Source: Octopus bimaculoides
Lineage: Eukaryota
Assembly: GCF_001194135.2 (NCBI RefSeq)
Contig: NC_068999.1
Location: 38,193,677-38,257,676, forward strand
Direction: 5' to 3'
Length of the DNA stretch: 64,000 nucleotides
This document shows, piece by piece, positions 37,979-51,955 of this stretch (position 1 is its first letter; each line of letters starts with the position of its first letter). The position numbers were made by a program, and so were the translations under genes. The notes under the pieces are model-generated. The model searched no databases. It was not told the DNA's origin and was given only the letters and a program-made list of their open reading frames with translations.

Positions 37979-39399
37979 CTCTCTCATTTTATGCTTTCTC
38001 GCTTTCTCTCCACCACTCCCCTACTCTTTGTATTTCCTTTTCCTGCCCTTCTATAACCGCCACTCTTACTCTCCCATCACTTTCTCCTACATTATCTTCA
38101 ACTGAGATTAAAAATCACATTGAATTATATTCTAAGTATTCTCTGTATGAATATAAATTACGCGATAAGTAGACGTCTGTGTCAGTGTGCTAACGGAATT
38201 ATTCATATTTCAGATTTCACCGTGAGTATATAATGATAGAGCAGATATTATATGTGTGCAGTGGTGTGTATGCACGTGTGTGTGTGCCTTCGAATATATA
38301 TACATATAAATATGTATATATACGTGTGTATATATACATACACACACACATATATATGTATTTGAGTGCATATATGTGAATATATGTTTGTGTTTTGATA
38401 TATATATAAAATCATTCCAAACTAATATATCTCTTTCCTCTNNNNNNNNNNNNNNNNNNNNNNNNNNNNNNNNNNNNNNNNNNNNNNNNNNNNNNNNNNN
38501 NNNNNNNNNNNNNNNNNNNNNNNNNNNNNNNNNNNNNNNNNNNNNNNNNNNNNNNNNNNNNNNNNNNNNNNNNNNNNNNNNNNNNNNNNNNNNGCTATTG
38601 GCTTGGAAGAATATACATTTATATGCGGGTGTGAATATATGTCTGTTTATTTATAAGTGTATGTATGTAATTATATATATACACATGCATATTATGTATG
38701 CCTGTATGTATACGTGTGTGGGGATCGTATATATGTGTGTATAAATATGTCTAATTATTTATATGTACACATATACACACTTCGGTGGTAGAGTATGAAT
38801 GAGAGTGGAAAATAATGGTATTTTATACTAGATGTTTATGTACTTAGAAGCAGTATTTTGGTTCCTTGTTCAAAATTTCGTTGTGGTGTAGTTTAGCTAT
38901 CAATCTTTTAAGGTTCGATTGTTTAATTAGGTATCTGATAGGAACTAAATGAGACTCCAATCAGTTAATTTCAATGATATGCCTAAAATGTATGGCCTTG
39001 TGCAGAGTTCAATGACAAATATTCATTTGTAAGAAGACCACGTGACTACGCATGATTTTGAAAAGTTTTTCAGGATATATTATCAGCACGTTTAGTGCTT
39101 GTTTAGTATTTATGTAGCGCCTCTGCTAAAAGGATTTTTCTATGAAGAGAGAGAGGTCCCACTGGCCTTATTTCTATGGTTCCTGACAATGCTCTGTGTG
39201 AGGTTGCAAGACACCACGACTGATTGATTATCTCCAAACTGTTGATTAGTTCTATGTGATTGCTACAGCGTGAGCTCTGTTGAAGGTAGTTAAGGAACAA
39301 GAGGCCTTGTTAACTGTACAACGCTTCAACTCTGTCAACAGAGAATTAAGTCAATTTTCCACAGAAGAATTTGGACTCCTCAGAATGTCTCTAAGTGTT

Positions 39400-39450
39400 C
39401 TAAAGCATTTTATTTTCTAAAGCATTTTATTTTCTAAAGCATTTTATTTT
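39400..39450. repeat. 17-bp tandem repeat x3 (CTAAAGCATTTTATTTT)
   Basis: Three perfect copies. Confidence 0.95.
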
Positions 39451-39458
39451 TATTTCAG

Positions 39459-39540
39459 CCAGGTACCATGCAGTGGGATTGAACATGAAACGACTTTGAT
39501 GCAAAGCGAGTTTCTTAAACACACAGCCAAACCTGCGCCG
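39459..39540 (-). mobile_element. SINE family B head
   Basis: The reverse complement reads ggcgcaggtttggctgtgtgtttaagaa..gttcaatcccactgc. Confidence 0.65.
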
Positions 39541-39894
39541 GCTTATTTATTTTTCCTATACTTCCGTATTTAAACGAGTGGGCTAAAAGCTCTAGATAAT
39601 CGATTTTGCATTTAACTCCGGCTTAATTTGGCAATATTTAAACAAATGGATGCTGTAACTAGCATTTCCATAGTCTTCAGCCCGACAATTGTTATTGTAG
39701 AGACATCGATATATTCAATTTTGGAAGCAAGTGGTGCCACTGACTGGCAATCTGTATGAGACAAATAACATTTTCCTCATTAAAACCAAATTATCCATTC
39801 TACAATTCATCGACACAATTCGGATTCACAGCGAGACATTATAAATAAATACATTACAGAGCAACATCCTGTGGTTATTATATTTATTAATACA

Positions 39895-40625
39895 ATTATT
39901 ATTATTATAATTTCTCTTTATCATAGGTTTTGTTGGGGCTCCTGGAGTCTTGCATGCGTAGCAGTCTTGCTACCTGCAGACTACGGTGCCATGCTATCCA
40001 TTCTCTTCAGCTCTCTAATACTTCCCTGGTTATTCTGGCCGTGCCAAAGAGGCAAACCTTTTGTAACAGTTCTACTGGGCACTCTATTCCAATTTCCTTT
40101 ATATTCCTCTTGATTCCTTCTAATACTGTTCCCAAGGACCCACCAATAATTGGTACTATCTTCGTCATCTTCATTTTCCATAGCCAGGCTATTTCGTACT
40201 TAAGAGGGTTTTATCTATCTATCTTTTCACCTTCCTTCTTGGCTATTCATGGATCAAAGGGGTATGCAACATCAACTATATGGCATATGTGGTACACTTT
40301 GTCCACCACCACCACAAAATTCGATTCTGCTTGTCTATTGCTATAACATCTTACTTATGTTCCACCTTCTTATCCCTTTGATTGACAAACTCCCACAAAA
40401 TGTTGCATTTTTCTGACTCAAATACCTGTCCCTCCCAATGATTGTGCCATGTACTTTCTGCTTCAAACCCCATTTTTCACAAAGCTTCCAGTGTAAAACT
40501 TCCACAAATTTGATCATGTTTCTATTTCTTATATTTCTCCCTGGGTCGACTTCAGGTATTCTACAACAAAATGTATCAGGTTTCATCTCAAATTCCACAT
40601 ACTCTGCATTTTGCTGACGCTTTCT
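39895..40625 (-). mobile_element. R4/Dong-like LINE 3' fragment (RLE domain) with an (AAT) tail
   Basis: VLHWKLCEKWGL..EKCNILWEF..DVIAIDKQNRILW..WKMKMTKIVPII..GIECPVELLQKVCLFGTARIIREVLES*, with multiple frameshifts. Confidence 0.9.
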
Positions 40626-41399
40626 CATACATATATTTTCTCAAGTTGTTTTATAATTTTTATAACTTTCCGTCGGGTAACAATAATAATAATATATTCA
40701 TATACTGAGTTTTTTTTATTTCTGTTGTTTGTTCTCTCAAAGTCTGAAAAATGCCATGCTAAATAAGATACAAGATAAACAATAGATTTATTTCATTTAT
40801 CTTCGCTTATAATTACATATTATAAATACAGTTTAAGTGATGACAAACTTGAAAACAGATCCTACGAAATAACCACATAAATGCTCAGTGCCTTCTTTTG
40901 ATACGAACATATTTCTGGTAGTCATAAGGTAATAATACCTAATAAGGAGCGCCATATATGATAGCTCAACAGCAACAATACAAAAGGAACCGTCAGAGAA
41001 TTTTGATGTTTCTTTATACTCCACTCGTAAAAAAGCTGTTATAATGAAAACAGTTTAAAAATCAAGATACGCTAGATTTAATTGTCTGAGGTTAACGAAA
41101 TTTTGATAGTAGATAACATTGTTGGCAGAAATTCATGGAGTAAGTCACTCACAGGAATCAGGCCACTCCACCAGAGAGAGATACGCTGCCATTTAACCGT
41201 GAAATTAAAATCTTTAAACTTGCGAGTGAGTAAAGAAATTTGCGTTTTCGGTTAGTATTTTTGAATAATTAAGAAATATGAGAACAATCATTTACCAAAG
41301 TTTGTAAAGCGTCCAACTAAATAATCTCACAAATTATGTGTGGGTTGTTAGGTAGATAGATTGATTATCATATTCATATGTATATGTATGTGTCCATGT

Positions 41400-41509
41400 G
41401 TATATATATATATATATATATAATATATATATATATATATAATATATATATATATATAATATATATAATATATATATATATAATATATATATATATATAT
41501 AATATATAT

Positions 41510-41542
<33 letters not shown>

Positions 41543-41545
41543 TCA
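41400..41545. repeat. (TA)n array periodically interrupted by AA
   Basis: Directly visible. Confidence 0.9.
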
Positions 41546-42039
41546 ATAATATGCGTGTATGTGAATATGTATTTACATATATGAATATCTATCAATCCAT
41601 CTAGCTATATACACGTGTGTGTATAATGTTTGCGTGTGTATGTGTGTGTCTAGAGAGGGACGTGGAGACGAGGGGTGTCTGTATATGTGTCGATGTCAAT
41701 ATTTACGTTTCCACCGGTTATAAAACCCGTGTTGTTTATTTTGTGCACCTTTGTTCTCCAAGTTTTCGTTTCGACAAAAGAGAGTCCGATATCGGTAAAA
41801 TAAGTGCCAGACTGGAATATGAACCAAACTGTTTATGATCGAAGAAAGCCTTGAAGGCATTGAACTGTATGGACGTGGTCCAATGATCGATTTCATTGAA
41901 TATATATAAGATTGTATGCATTTAGAAAGAGAGAAAGATTGACAGACATTGTTAGAGATGTAAAAACACACACTTGCATATATAATTGTGTGTGTATGTA
42001 TATATATGCACACATACGCACACACATATATATATACAC

Positions 42040-42231
42040 ATATATAAATGTGTATGCATATATACGTGTATGTATGTGTATGCATATATACGTGTATGTA
42101 TATATATATATATATGTGTGTGTATGCATATATACGTGTATGTATATATATATATATGTGTGTGTATGCATATATACGTGTATGTATATATATATATATA
42201 TGTGTGTGTATGCATATATNNNNNNNNNNTG

Positions 42232-42264
<33 letters not shown>

Positions 42265-42283
42265 ATGCATATATACGTGTATG

Positions 42284-42314
<31 letters not shown>

Positions 42315-42455
42315 ATGCATATATACGTGTATGTATATATATATATATATATGTGTGTGCATGCATATATACGTGTATGTATATATATATATATGTGTGT
42401 GTGTATGCATATATACGTGTATGTATATATATATATGTGTGTGTGTGTGTGTGAA
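42040..42455. repeat. Minisatellite with an ATGCATATATACGTGTATG core (about 9 copies)
   Basis: Directly visible; includes a 10-N gap. Confidence 0.9.
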
Positions 42456-43589
42456 TATAAGTATGTATGTATACATATATAGTGATCAAGAGAACGGAGA
42501 TTTTCCACATTTTATTTTGTTAAACAGTTATTTACAGCATTCTTTAAGAAAGAAAGAAAGTTCTACTGATTTCATTAACCTCCCCTCACAAATATTACAC
42601 ATAAAAAATGAACATTTAGTCACGAAATCCGCTTCACAATGTCATAGTGCCGAGTTCAATCCCACTGCTCGACGTTTAAAGTGTAATCCCCTGTTAATAT
42701 AATTGTGTGGAAACGAAAACTGTTTGGAAAATGTTTGTCTTGATTCAAAATCCCAGCCTTCTTTCACAGATTGTCCCGTGGAATGTAATTAAGGTTATGG
42801 TAATTAACTGGGTGGGGAGCGTGAAATTTCATTGTACGATCCGATTCTTTGATTTCTGCAAGAGAGTAGGAGATGGGATGGCAACAACCTTCAAACATTT
42901 TGGAGCTAATTTATAGTTTCTTATTTCGGGCCTTGTGCCTTACTACTGCCAAATGAGAATAGTAGAAAAGTATCGACAGTGAAAACATCTTCTACTCTGA
43001 TACATTGATATTAGTTTTCCCATCTTGGTTATATAACGTTTTACCAGCGAAACAAGACAAAATGTTCTAACATAAAGTTGCTGTGGAACATTTGTAACAC
43101 CGACAGGATTCTTTGCTACTTCAACACGAATTTTTGGTAAAGAATTTTTGATCAAGTGAATCATCCACTTTTAGTCTATATTTTATACACTAGAGCAGTC
43201 AGGTAGGGATTAAAGAGAAGCGAATACACTGACGAACGTTTCATATAACAGTTATGAATAACTTAAATGGAAATTTCGACTTTTATGGTACGTGAATAGG
43301 TTATCGAAAATGCAAATATATTTCTGGCTTTTAAAAATATTCACTTTATTTACTTGAACATTGAATTCTCTCATGACTTTATCCTGTATTTAAAAACAAA
43401 GTAATAACATTGCCGTATATTTGGTAAAATGTTTTCATTTTGGAATCGCTAACCTCAGTTTGATGTTACATGATCTCAATTGAAAATCGCGTGAGCTCAT
43501 AATTAAAAATATCTTAGTTGCCTTATCCTACTCAACCCATAGTTTTCTAGCTCTTTGTCTAGAATTTTAATACCACTTGTCCTTCCTAT

Positions 43590-43800
43590 AATTTCTTTAA
43601 TACTTAATCCTAGGCCAAATCAAATATAGCTGATCCGTGTTCAAAACCATTCCAACTATGACCATTCCATCTATCTTTCAGAGCGCAGGAAACACAGTTC
43701 CACATTAATCCAAAGAGAGCTTTTTAAAATAATAAAACGTTATCATTTGAGAAAGATTACGCTATTATTTCTAGGAGATTTAGTGAGCAAGGCAGAAGCA
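43590..43800 (-). mobile_element. Retroposon family D fragment
   Basis: The reverse complement carries ctagaaataatagcg..gatggaatggtcatagttggaatgg, matching gacgggatggccatg near 49730. Confidence 0.5.
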
Positions 43801-43849
43801 CCCTCACCAGTTACGAACCAGATGTTTTAGAGCCTCGTTTCAAGGCTGT

Positions 43850-43935
43850 GAGTAGGGCAGAAAAGGCTTGAGTAATTCGTTTCGACTCTCTGCTGTCTGA
43901 GTTCAAATATCACCGAGGCCAACTTTGCTTTTAAC
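43850..43935 (+). mobile_element. SINE family A head, degenerate
   Basis: ctgagttcaaatatcaccgaggccaactttgc. Confidence 0.55.
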
Positions 43936-44928
43936 ACTGTAACTCTTGTAAATGTTTTCTCTCTCTTTATCATAAAAAGAATAACTGTGTTCAGATATAT
44001 TCATACACACATGCATACACACACACACACACACACGCACACACGCACACACGCACACACGCACATACACACATACATACACACATACATACACACATAC
44101 ATACATACATACATACATACATGCACAAACACAGAGAGAGAGAGAGAAATGGATTCCTTCGGGTTTAGAATGTCGCAGATATGCAGTGTCGTGGCAGCTC
44201 TTCTACAACTACAGCAGAAGCCGTGGGGGCCGCATTTTCATTATTTAAATTGAAACGATTTCTAAAGAGAAACATTAACTACTAACGCCCTCTACACCAG
44301 CATTTCCTGGTCATCACGCGTGGGGGTGGCGGGGGTAATGTTTAGACCTGATATTAGAAATTATTATTTATAGATTATTTGTATTGATAAATATATCTTT
44401 TTATGGCGTGGGGGGAGCTGGGGGGTGATTGGTTAATGGTGTCGGTAAATTGAATGGGTTGTATTGGACAATACTTCCACTGAGCCCGGTAAATATATAT
44501 TTACGCACACGTACACACTTATATATATAATTTTCCGCCATTATTATACACATTATTCCTCCTTCTCTCCCTCCGGGGCAGAGCAAAATTTATTAATCTT
44601 ATCATTATATCAGAAATATGTTGCTCTAGCAGGTGAGAAGGTCAATGGAATCACTACTAATACTATCGATGCTAATTGATATTTGCCAAAGTCTGTGTCA
44701 GAAACAGAAATGCATAGAATTTGTATATTAAATAGAACACAAATGGCGGTCCTTACAAAAGAGCCTCCAATAATAATGGTTTCTGGACCAAGGCAAAAGT
44801 AATGAAGAGCAGAAGGCGTTGCAGTTGTTGGTGATTGTTTAACTCTTGGCCGTTGCTGTTGTTTAACTCTTGGTCAAAGCAAGATAAATTAAGTGGACAT
44901 AACGAGCCATATGTTTATTCCTTTATAA

Positions 44929-44929
<1 letters not shown>

Positions 44930-44992
<63 letters not shown>

Positions 44993-44996
44993 GTGT

Positions 44997-45038
<42 letters not shown>
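44930..45038. repeat. (GT)n microsatellite
   Basis: Directly visible. Confidence 0.95.
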
Positions 45039-45041
<3 letters not shown>

Positions 45042-45253
45042 AAAAGTCACGCGACCATTTTGAAATATAGCTTCTTTTCATTGAATTTTTTCAACTGTCA
45101 AGAACAAAATGGTGATCATTTGAGGGACGTAATTTTCAAACCTAAAGGTTTTCTAAAACGTGTTTATTCCATATAATAAGATAAATGTGGATATTTTATA
45201 AATAAAAGGAATTTTATATTTTTCAATGGTGTAGTGACTTTTAGGCCACCCTG
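45035..45253. mobile_element. Tc1/mariner-type MITE (about 220 bp)
   Basis: The left arm gtgtcccaaaagtcacgcgaccatt pairs with the right arm, whose reverse complement is cagggtggcctaaaagtcactacaccatt. TA lies at the right boundary. Confidence 0.75.
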
Positions 45254-45495
45254 TATATCTACATATATATATATACATATGTATGTATGTATATATATAT
45301 GCATACATATACATATATATGCATACATATGTATATACGCACACATGTATATATGTGTATATATATGCATCTATATACGCACGTATGCGTGTGTGTATAT
45401 AAATATATATTATATATATATATATTTATATACACACACACACATACATAGAGAGCGCTACATGAACTGATAGAATTACATTGTGTGTGTGTATG

Positions 45496-45529
<34 letters not shown>

Positions 45530-45539
45530 NNNNNNNNNN

Positions 45540-45583
<44 letters not shown>

Positions 45584-46099
45584 CGTATAGATATGTTTGT
45601 CTGTGTGGGTGGATGTGTCTCTATGCATGTGTATATATACAAATGCATATATGTGCATATATATACACAGCCATCCATACGTACATACATCCACACATAT
45701 ATACAAACACACAAATACATATATAGACATAGAATATATATACATGTATACACACATCAAGCGCAATTGCATTTTGCTGCAGAGTTAATGTTATTGAGTG
45801 TTTTGCGTGACAGGTTTTCTTATAAGTAGCGACTGTAAGAGTTGGATAAGAAGGCGCTGATCAATTTTCTTGTCGATTACCTGGTTGTCTTCTCTATTTT
45901 CCTTTTCTTTGAACCGAATTAATGAAGAATTTTGTCGCTGTTCATCATTTTATTGATCTTATTCTCAAGTCCAGGGCGGAATTTGTTAGTTTTTATTATT
46001 AAAGTTGATGGTTTTGGTCATTGAAAATAACTCGTCTTCAGATTGCTGTTATAAAGTGTTGCGATGGAGAAAGTTTTTGAGAATGTTCATTAGAAAAGC

Positions 46100-46260
46100 A
46101 GGCATGGCTGGGTGGTTAAAAAGCTCGTTTTGCAACCGCTAGGTTTCTGGTTCGGTTCCACTCGCGACATTTTGAATAAGTATCTTTCACTATAGCCCCA
46201 GGTTCATTAATACCTTGTGTGTGAATTTGTTCGATGGAAAGTTGGATAGCCTGCCATCTC
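46100..46260 (+). mobile_element. SINE family B, degenerate
   Basis: ggcatggctgggtggttaa..ggttcggttccact..aagtatctttcactatagccc. Confidence 0.65.
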
Positions 46261-47359
46261 TGTGCGTACGCATGTGTCTGTGCGCGCGCGCGTATTTGCA
46301 TGAGTGTATGTGCTGTGTGCATGTGTGTGTTCGAACTACCAGATGGCATGCTGAGATCTTTGAGACCTGATTGCTACCATTATATTCCTTCGTTCTTCAG
46401 AGAAACAAAGGCAAAACAAATATTCATATATCTAGAACTATAAGAAATATTTATCTTCCACCTCTTAACTATAGAAGCAAATTCTTTAACCCAAATTACC
46501 ATAGTTGTTACGGCATTTTAGGGCGTGACACTGTTGGCTGTCTTACGCAGTCTCTGAAGACTCGGCAGCTGGTATTTTCATTGTGAATGGAACGTGCGAG
46601 CGATGAAGTAACTACATCGTTTATGAACAACTCTTCTGTTTTATTTTCGTTTATATTATGTGTGTATGGGTGTTTGTATGTCTGTGAGTGAGTATGTATG
46701 CGAGCGAGCATGTACCGAGTAGGTGGTAGAGAGAAATTTGTCGCATACTCGATCACTTTAAGGGATACTCAACGACTTACGTAATTAAAACACTATTTTA
46801 ACTAATTTTATTTGCATGAGGAAAAAAAACATTCGATCGCCACAGACCTACGCAATTCTCCATCTACACGGTGGCCAATGGTGGGGCTACAGTATCGTTG
46901 ATAAAAATAAATCAGAAAAGCCAAGTTAGAGAGCCTCTAAGAGATTTTATTTGATACCTAACCATTTGAAGCATAATGAAACCATGACTGGAGCGTTCAA
47001 AGCCCGAAACAAACGGAGCTAATATTCAACATTGCATTTATAAAATAAACAAGACGTTTATTCGGAATTAGAATAGATATAATCATCGAAAGAAATAAAG
47101 TAAGAAAACAGTAGAGCAGGAAAATGGTGAAATGGTTGTATACATATCAGAAAAAAAGAGAAACTGTTGTTTTATAAATGGTTTTAGGTTTCCTACGAAA
47201 TAGGAAATTAAGAGATGTTGCAAAAAGCGTCACAATGTGACATGTTACTTTTAATTCGTAGACAAAGCAGCGAAACAAAAAATGAATAGACAATGTAAAA
47301 ACACCGCCTCTATCAAATTTATATATGAGAAAATACAAATGGATAATAGAAGTAAGGGA

Positions 47360-47428
47360 ATATATATGTGTGTGTGTGTATATATATATGTGTGTGTATG
47401 TATATGTGTATTTATATGCGTGTATATG

Positions 47429-47465
<37 letters not shown>

Positions 47466-47550
47466 ATATATATGTATATATAAGTGTGTGCATATATATG
47501 TGTATATATACATTTATATATGTTTATATATGTGTATGTATATATATTTT

Positions 47551-47596
<46 letters not shown>

Positions 47597-47862
47597 CACT
47601 TTATTTTGGGTTAAGAAGTCTACCAATGGTTTCATGAATTGTTAGCGTGTGTGTGATTACGTGCACGTGCATATGTGAGTGAGTGTATGTGTGTCGGCAT
47701 AAACATATATAAGCACACACGCACAGACACGTGAATACATTCGTATAGGCATGTGCATGCTTACGCACATAATACACTCAAACGCATACATACGCACACA
47801 TACATAGATACACATACACGCGGGCATACACACACACACACACACACACACACATATGTATG

Positions 47863-47921
<59 letters not shown>

Positions 47922-48532
47922 CCATACGGAAATATTTAAAGACTTGTTTGTGCTGCTCTACGAGAAAGCAACGATATCGAACGAGGATCAAATAGAAGGA
48001 ACTATTAATAGTTTTGTAACCGTCGTTCATAGAACTGCAGATGTGATTTGACTTGATTTATGGAGCCAATAAACACAAGATTGATTGAGAAGCAAAAAAA
48101 TAAAGACAAAAAAAACGTAATATAAGAAGAAAGGATGGAGGAATTGTAAAAAAAAACAAAGCTTACAAAAAAAACGAGAAGGAAAATTTATATGAGAAAT
48201 ATATATATAATGTATATATATATAAAAATATATGTACATACATATGCATGTGCTTAAGCGAGTGTTTGTGTGTGCGTATACATACAGACATACATTTATA
48301 TATATATATTCATGTATTTATTTATATGTTTGTATGTGTCTATGTATTTATAAATGTATGTGTGCGTAAGTACGTATATATTTATATTATATATGCTGAT
48401 ATATGTATATGCTGTTGTATCTATACGTGTATATATACATTTAGTTTTGATATATAGTATTCATGTATGTATGTGCATATATATATATATAATATATATA
48501 TATGTGCATATATATATATATGTGAATATATG

Positions 48533-48603
<71 letters not shown>

Positions 48604-48878
48604 ATTGATCTGCACGTGAATATGTCTATGTGTGTGGAAATGTATACGTACGTACATACACACAAACACGCACTGTCGTATTGTGTGCGCTAATGGTTTG
48701 TTTCAGAGACAAAAGTAATCTGCTTAACCTTTTTAGAAAACGATTTCCTCCGTTCTGACATTCAATTAAGACGCTGGCAAAGAAATAAGCTTATATCTCC
48801 TTAAAAGACATCTTTGTTAACTGATCGACGTCGATGATGAGACGGAGGCAGGACCGAAGAGAAATTTACGAGGATATA

Positions 48879-48928
<50 letters not shown>

Positions 48929-49099
48929 TGTGTCTATGGGTGTGTATGTATAGACATACACACACACAAATATGTGTGCGTGTACATGTATGTATATATG
49001 CGTGCGTGTGTATATTTGTATGTTTATACACCCTACACATTGATATCCCAACACAGATACACACACGGTACCTACGGCAACACGTATACACACAGACAC

Positions 49100-49137
<38 letters not shown>

Positions 49138-49170
49138 GTATATATATATATGGATGAGGGTGGATCTGCG

Positions 49171-49206
<36 letters not shown>

Positions 49207-49207
49207 A

Positions 49208-49262
<55 letters not shown>

Positions 49263-49300
49263 CTCTCTATATATATACACATTTATATATATATATATGC
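47360..49300. repeat. Cluster of compound (TA)/(TG)/(CA)/(CT) microsatellites
   Basis: Arrays at about 47360-47600, 47810-47920, 48200-48680 and 48880-49300. Confidence 0.85.
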
Positions 49301-49619
49301 ACGCCGTACATTATAGTTGTTTCCGCTTCCATAATGTAATTCTCTGTTATCCACGCCATTCTTCAATCTAGACTATAATGCACCTTATTCCTTTACCATT
49401 ATTTTGCATATTTTTGTCCTTTTCTTCGTCTTCTGACAAACCACTTTTTTTATTAGATTTTATAGCCTTTTAATTTTTTTTTAATTAATTTTCATTTCGT
49501 TCCATGTTACTTTTATTCTTTCTCCATACCATCCATGATAGATTCTCGTTTTCTGATGTCACCGATTAGAGACAATCTTCAGTGCAAACCATCGAATACC
49601 ACATCAAAATACGTGTGAA

Positions 49620-49750
49620 TCTAGGCTGTCACCTCGCCGCTTAGAAATAGTAGTCAAATCGCCTTTACATTAGACTTTACCGTTATTCTGTATTACGACA
49701 CTCAATGATATACAAATTGACGGGATGGCCATGCCTAGGACGTCTCTGAA
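49620..49750 (+). mobile_element. Retroposon family D fragment
   Basis: Cross-matches the copies at 23325 and 43590. Confidence 0.5.
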
Positions 49751-50375
49751 ACAGTGTTGTGCAACACTACATGACTCCTTACCTCCTGAAAATAATAGCT
49801 AAGTCCCAACAGATCATATTTGTAAACGGTAGATCTCAAAATAAACGACGAGAAATAACATTTTTTGGATTACATGGCGAGGCTGACATTAATCCTGCGA
49901 AAATAATTGGAATGTCATTATTAATCAGCGTTAATCTTTCTCCTGTATTAGTCAGTCTTAATCTTTAGCAAGGTGTCATACTCGAGTGATTGTTACATTG
50001 ACATTCTCTGTGTTGTACGTTAACATATTGGCTCTAAGAGCCATGTCGATGTATAGGATATAGTGAAAGATTAAACGCTTTCATCAAATATTTCAAGGAG
50101 ATTAAGGGGAGACGAGTAAATCACCGATGTTAATTTTATATCTTATCAGTAAAGCAAATAACGATAATCGATAGGATATTGACACAGAGCTATATTCATA
50201 GATAGAGAGGATGATTATAATCTAGAGGATTAGTAGAGAGGTGCTGAAGAACAAGAGGTAAGTCTCACTGCTACGATTCAATATCTATTATCTTTTGAAT
50301 TGATTTGACTTTATTTGTGGTCACAAAGTTGTTGTGTGTGTGTGTGTGCGTGTGTGTGCGTGCGTGCGTGCGTGC

Positions 50376-50449
<74 letters not shown>

Positions 50450-50563
50450 CTGTATGTCGGTCATATGCATTCATGTGTATATAAGCGTTAACATGTATAT
50501 AGGTCTGTGCATGTGTATATGAGAACGATTTGTGTGTCTTTCTCTTCATGATCATTTTAACAG

Positions 50564-50896
50564 AGACCAGTGGAACGTGGACGATCGACCAAGCGGGGCC
50601 GGCCCAATTACCGGCAACTCGAGCAGTCGCTCGGGATGCAAAGTGCTAGGGGATGCCAAGGAGGGCGTACAAAGAAAAGGAAATTTCCACGACTGTCAGC
50701 TTGTAGACGTCGGCGTTCAGCTTGCCCTACGACCATCCCTGCTCCCAAGAATCATACAATTAAAAATGCTGTTTACCATACAGCATATTACAGGGGCGAA
50801 TATCTCACTCTAAATAACAACAATGATCAAATTAACAACTGCACGAACCTCACATACACAAATAGTACCAATGACTACAATGAGAAAAATAAATAG
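50564..50896 (+). CDS. Candidate GC/CpG-rich orphan terminal exon
   Basis: Acceptor tctttctcttcatgatcattttaacag|. About 15 CpG in 180 bp. Two long open frames (phase 0 to 50896, phase 2 to 50813). No homolog recognised. Confidence 0.35.
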   Translation, partial: RPVERGRSTKRGRPNYRQLEQSLGMQSARGCQGGRTKKRKFPRLSACRRRRSACPTTIPAPKNHTIKNAVYHTAYYRGEYLTLNNNNDQINNCTNLTYTNSTNDYNEKNK

Positions 50897-51184
50897 AAAA
50901 ATAATTATATCCCGGCAAACCACAGGAATCTAAACACAGGGAATATAAACATATTCGCTACGATTGATAATAGACACGTGACTGAGGGCAGGATGGTTAA
51001 TTTCTTATTCTTTTTAGTTTTTCTATATTTTATCGTTTTTGTGGCTGTATATATTTATTTATAACACATAGAAAATATAAATACCACACGTATAAAAAGG
51101 CTCACATAAATATATTAATAGGCATTAAGATTTACTCTTATAAGTGTTATATTCTGTACATACTCATATATGTATGTATCCATA

Positions 51185-51222
<38 letters not shown>

Positions 51223-51589
51223 NNNNNNNNNNNNNNNNNNNNNNNNNNNNNNNNNNNNNNNNNNNNNNNNNNNNNNNNNNNNNNNNNNNNNNNNNNNNNN
51301 NNNNNNNNNNNNNNNNNNNNNNNNNNNNNNNNNNNNNNNNNNNNNNNNNNNNNNNNNNNNNNNNNNNNNNNNNNNNNNNNNNNNNNNNNNNNNNNNNNNN
51401 NNNNNNNNNNNNNNNNNNNNNNNNNNNNNNNNNNNNNNNNNNNNNNNNNNNNNNNNNNNNNNNNNNNNNNNNNNNNNNNNNNNNNNNNNNNNNNNNNNNN
51501 NNNNNNNNNNNNNNNNNNNNNNNNNNNNNNNNNNNNNNNNNNNNNNNNNNNNNNNNNNNNNNNNNNNNNNNNNNNNNNNNNNNNNNTAT

Positions 51590-51730
51590 ATATATGGAAT
51601 TGCAGCTTGAAAGGTGTTTATAAGCCATTTAAAACCACACAAAAACCGTTAGATTCACTTCGACATTTAAATTTGATTTGTCAAAATATTTTCGTCGCTT
51701 CGAAGCCGCGACCTGTTCATTGACAAAATT
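51590..51730 (-). mobile_element. Penelope-like terminal repeat with a stem-GAAA motif
   Basis: The reverse complement reads caatgaacag-GTCGC-ggcttcgaa-GCGAC-GAAA, then runs into (TA)n. Family recognised from memory. Confidence 0.5.
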
Positions 51731-51794
51731 CCATGCTGCATCATATATATACATATTGATATTCATTTTTTTTTAAGGTTCAGCAAAAGCCCAG

Positions 51795-51955
51795 AAAGTA
51801 GGTGGGAAGGGGTGAAGTGGATTAAATCAACCCCAGTGTTCAACTGGTACTTACTTTATCGTTCCCGCAAGGATGAACAGCGAAGTCAACCTCTGCAGAA
51901 TGTGCTCTCAGAGCGTAAAGACGGTGTGTTAACGATTTTGCCCACTCACCGCCCT
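51795..51955 (-). mobile_element. SINE family A with an internal deletion
   Basis: The reverse complement reads ggcggtgagtgggcaaaatcgttaacac..gaggttgacttcgctgttcatcc..gataaagtaagtaccagttgaacactggggttgat. Confidence 0.8.

Noticed and set aside
39400-39450. CRISPR-like direct repeats
   Set aside because: These are contiguous 17-bp tandem copies with no spacers and no cas genes, in a eukaryotic context.
44320-44430. G-run clusters (possible G-quadruplex)
   Set aside because: They lack four G3 tracts with short loops.
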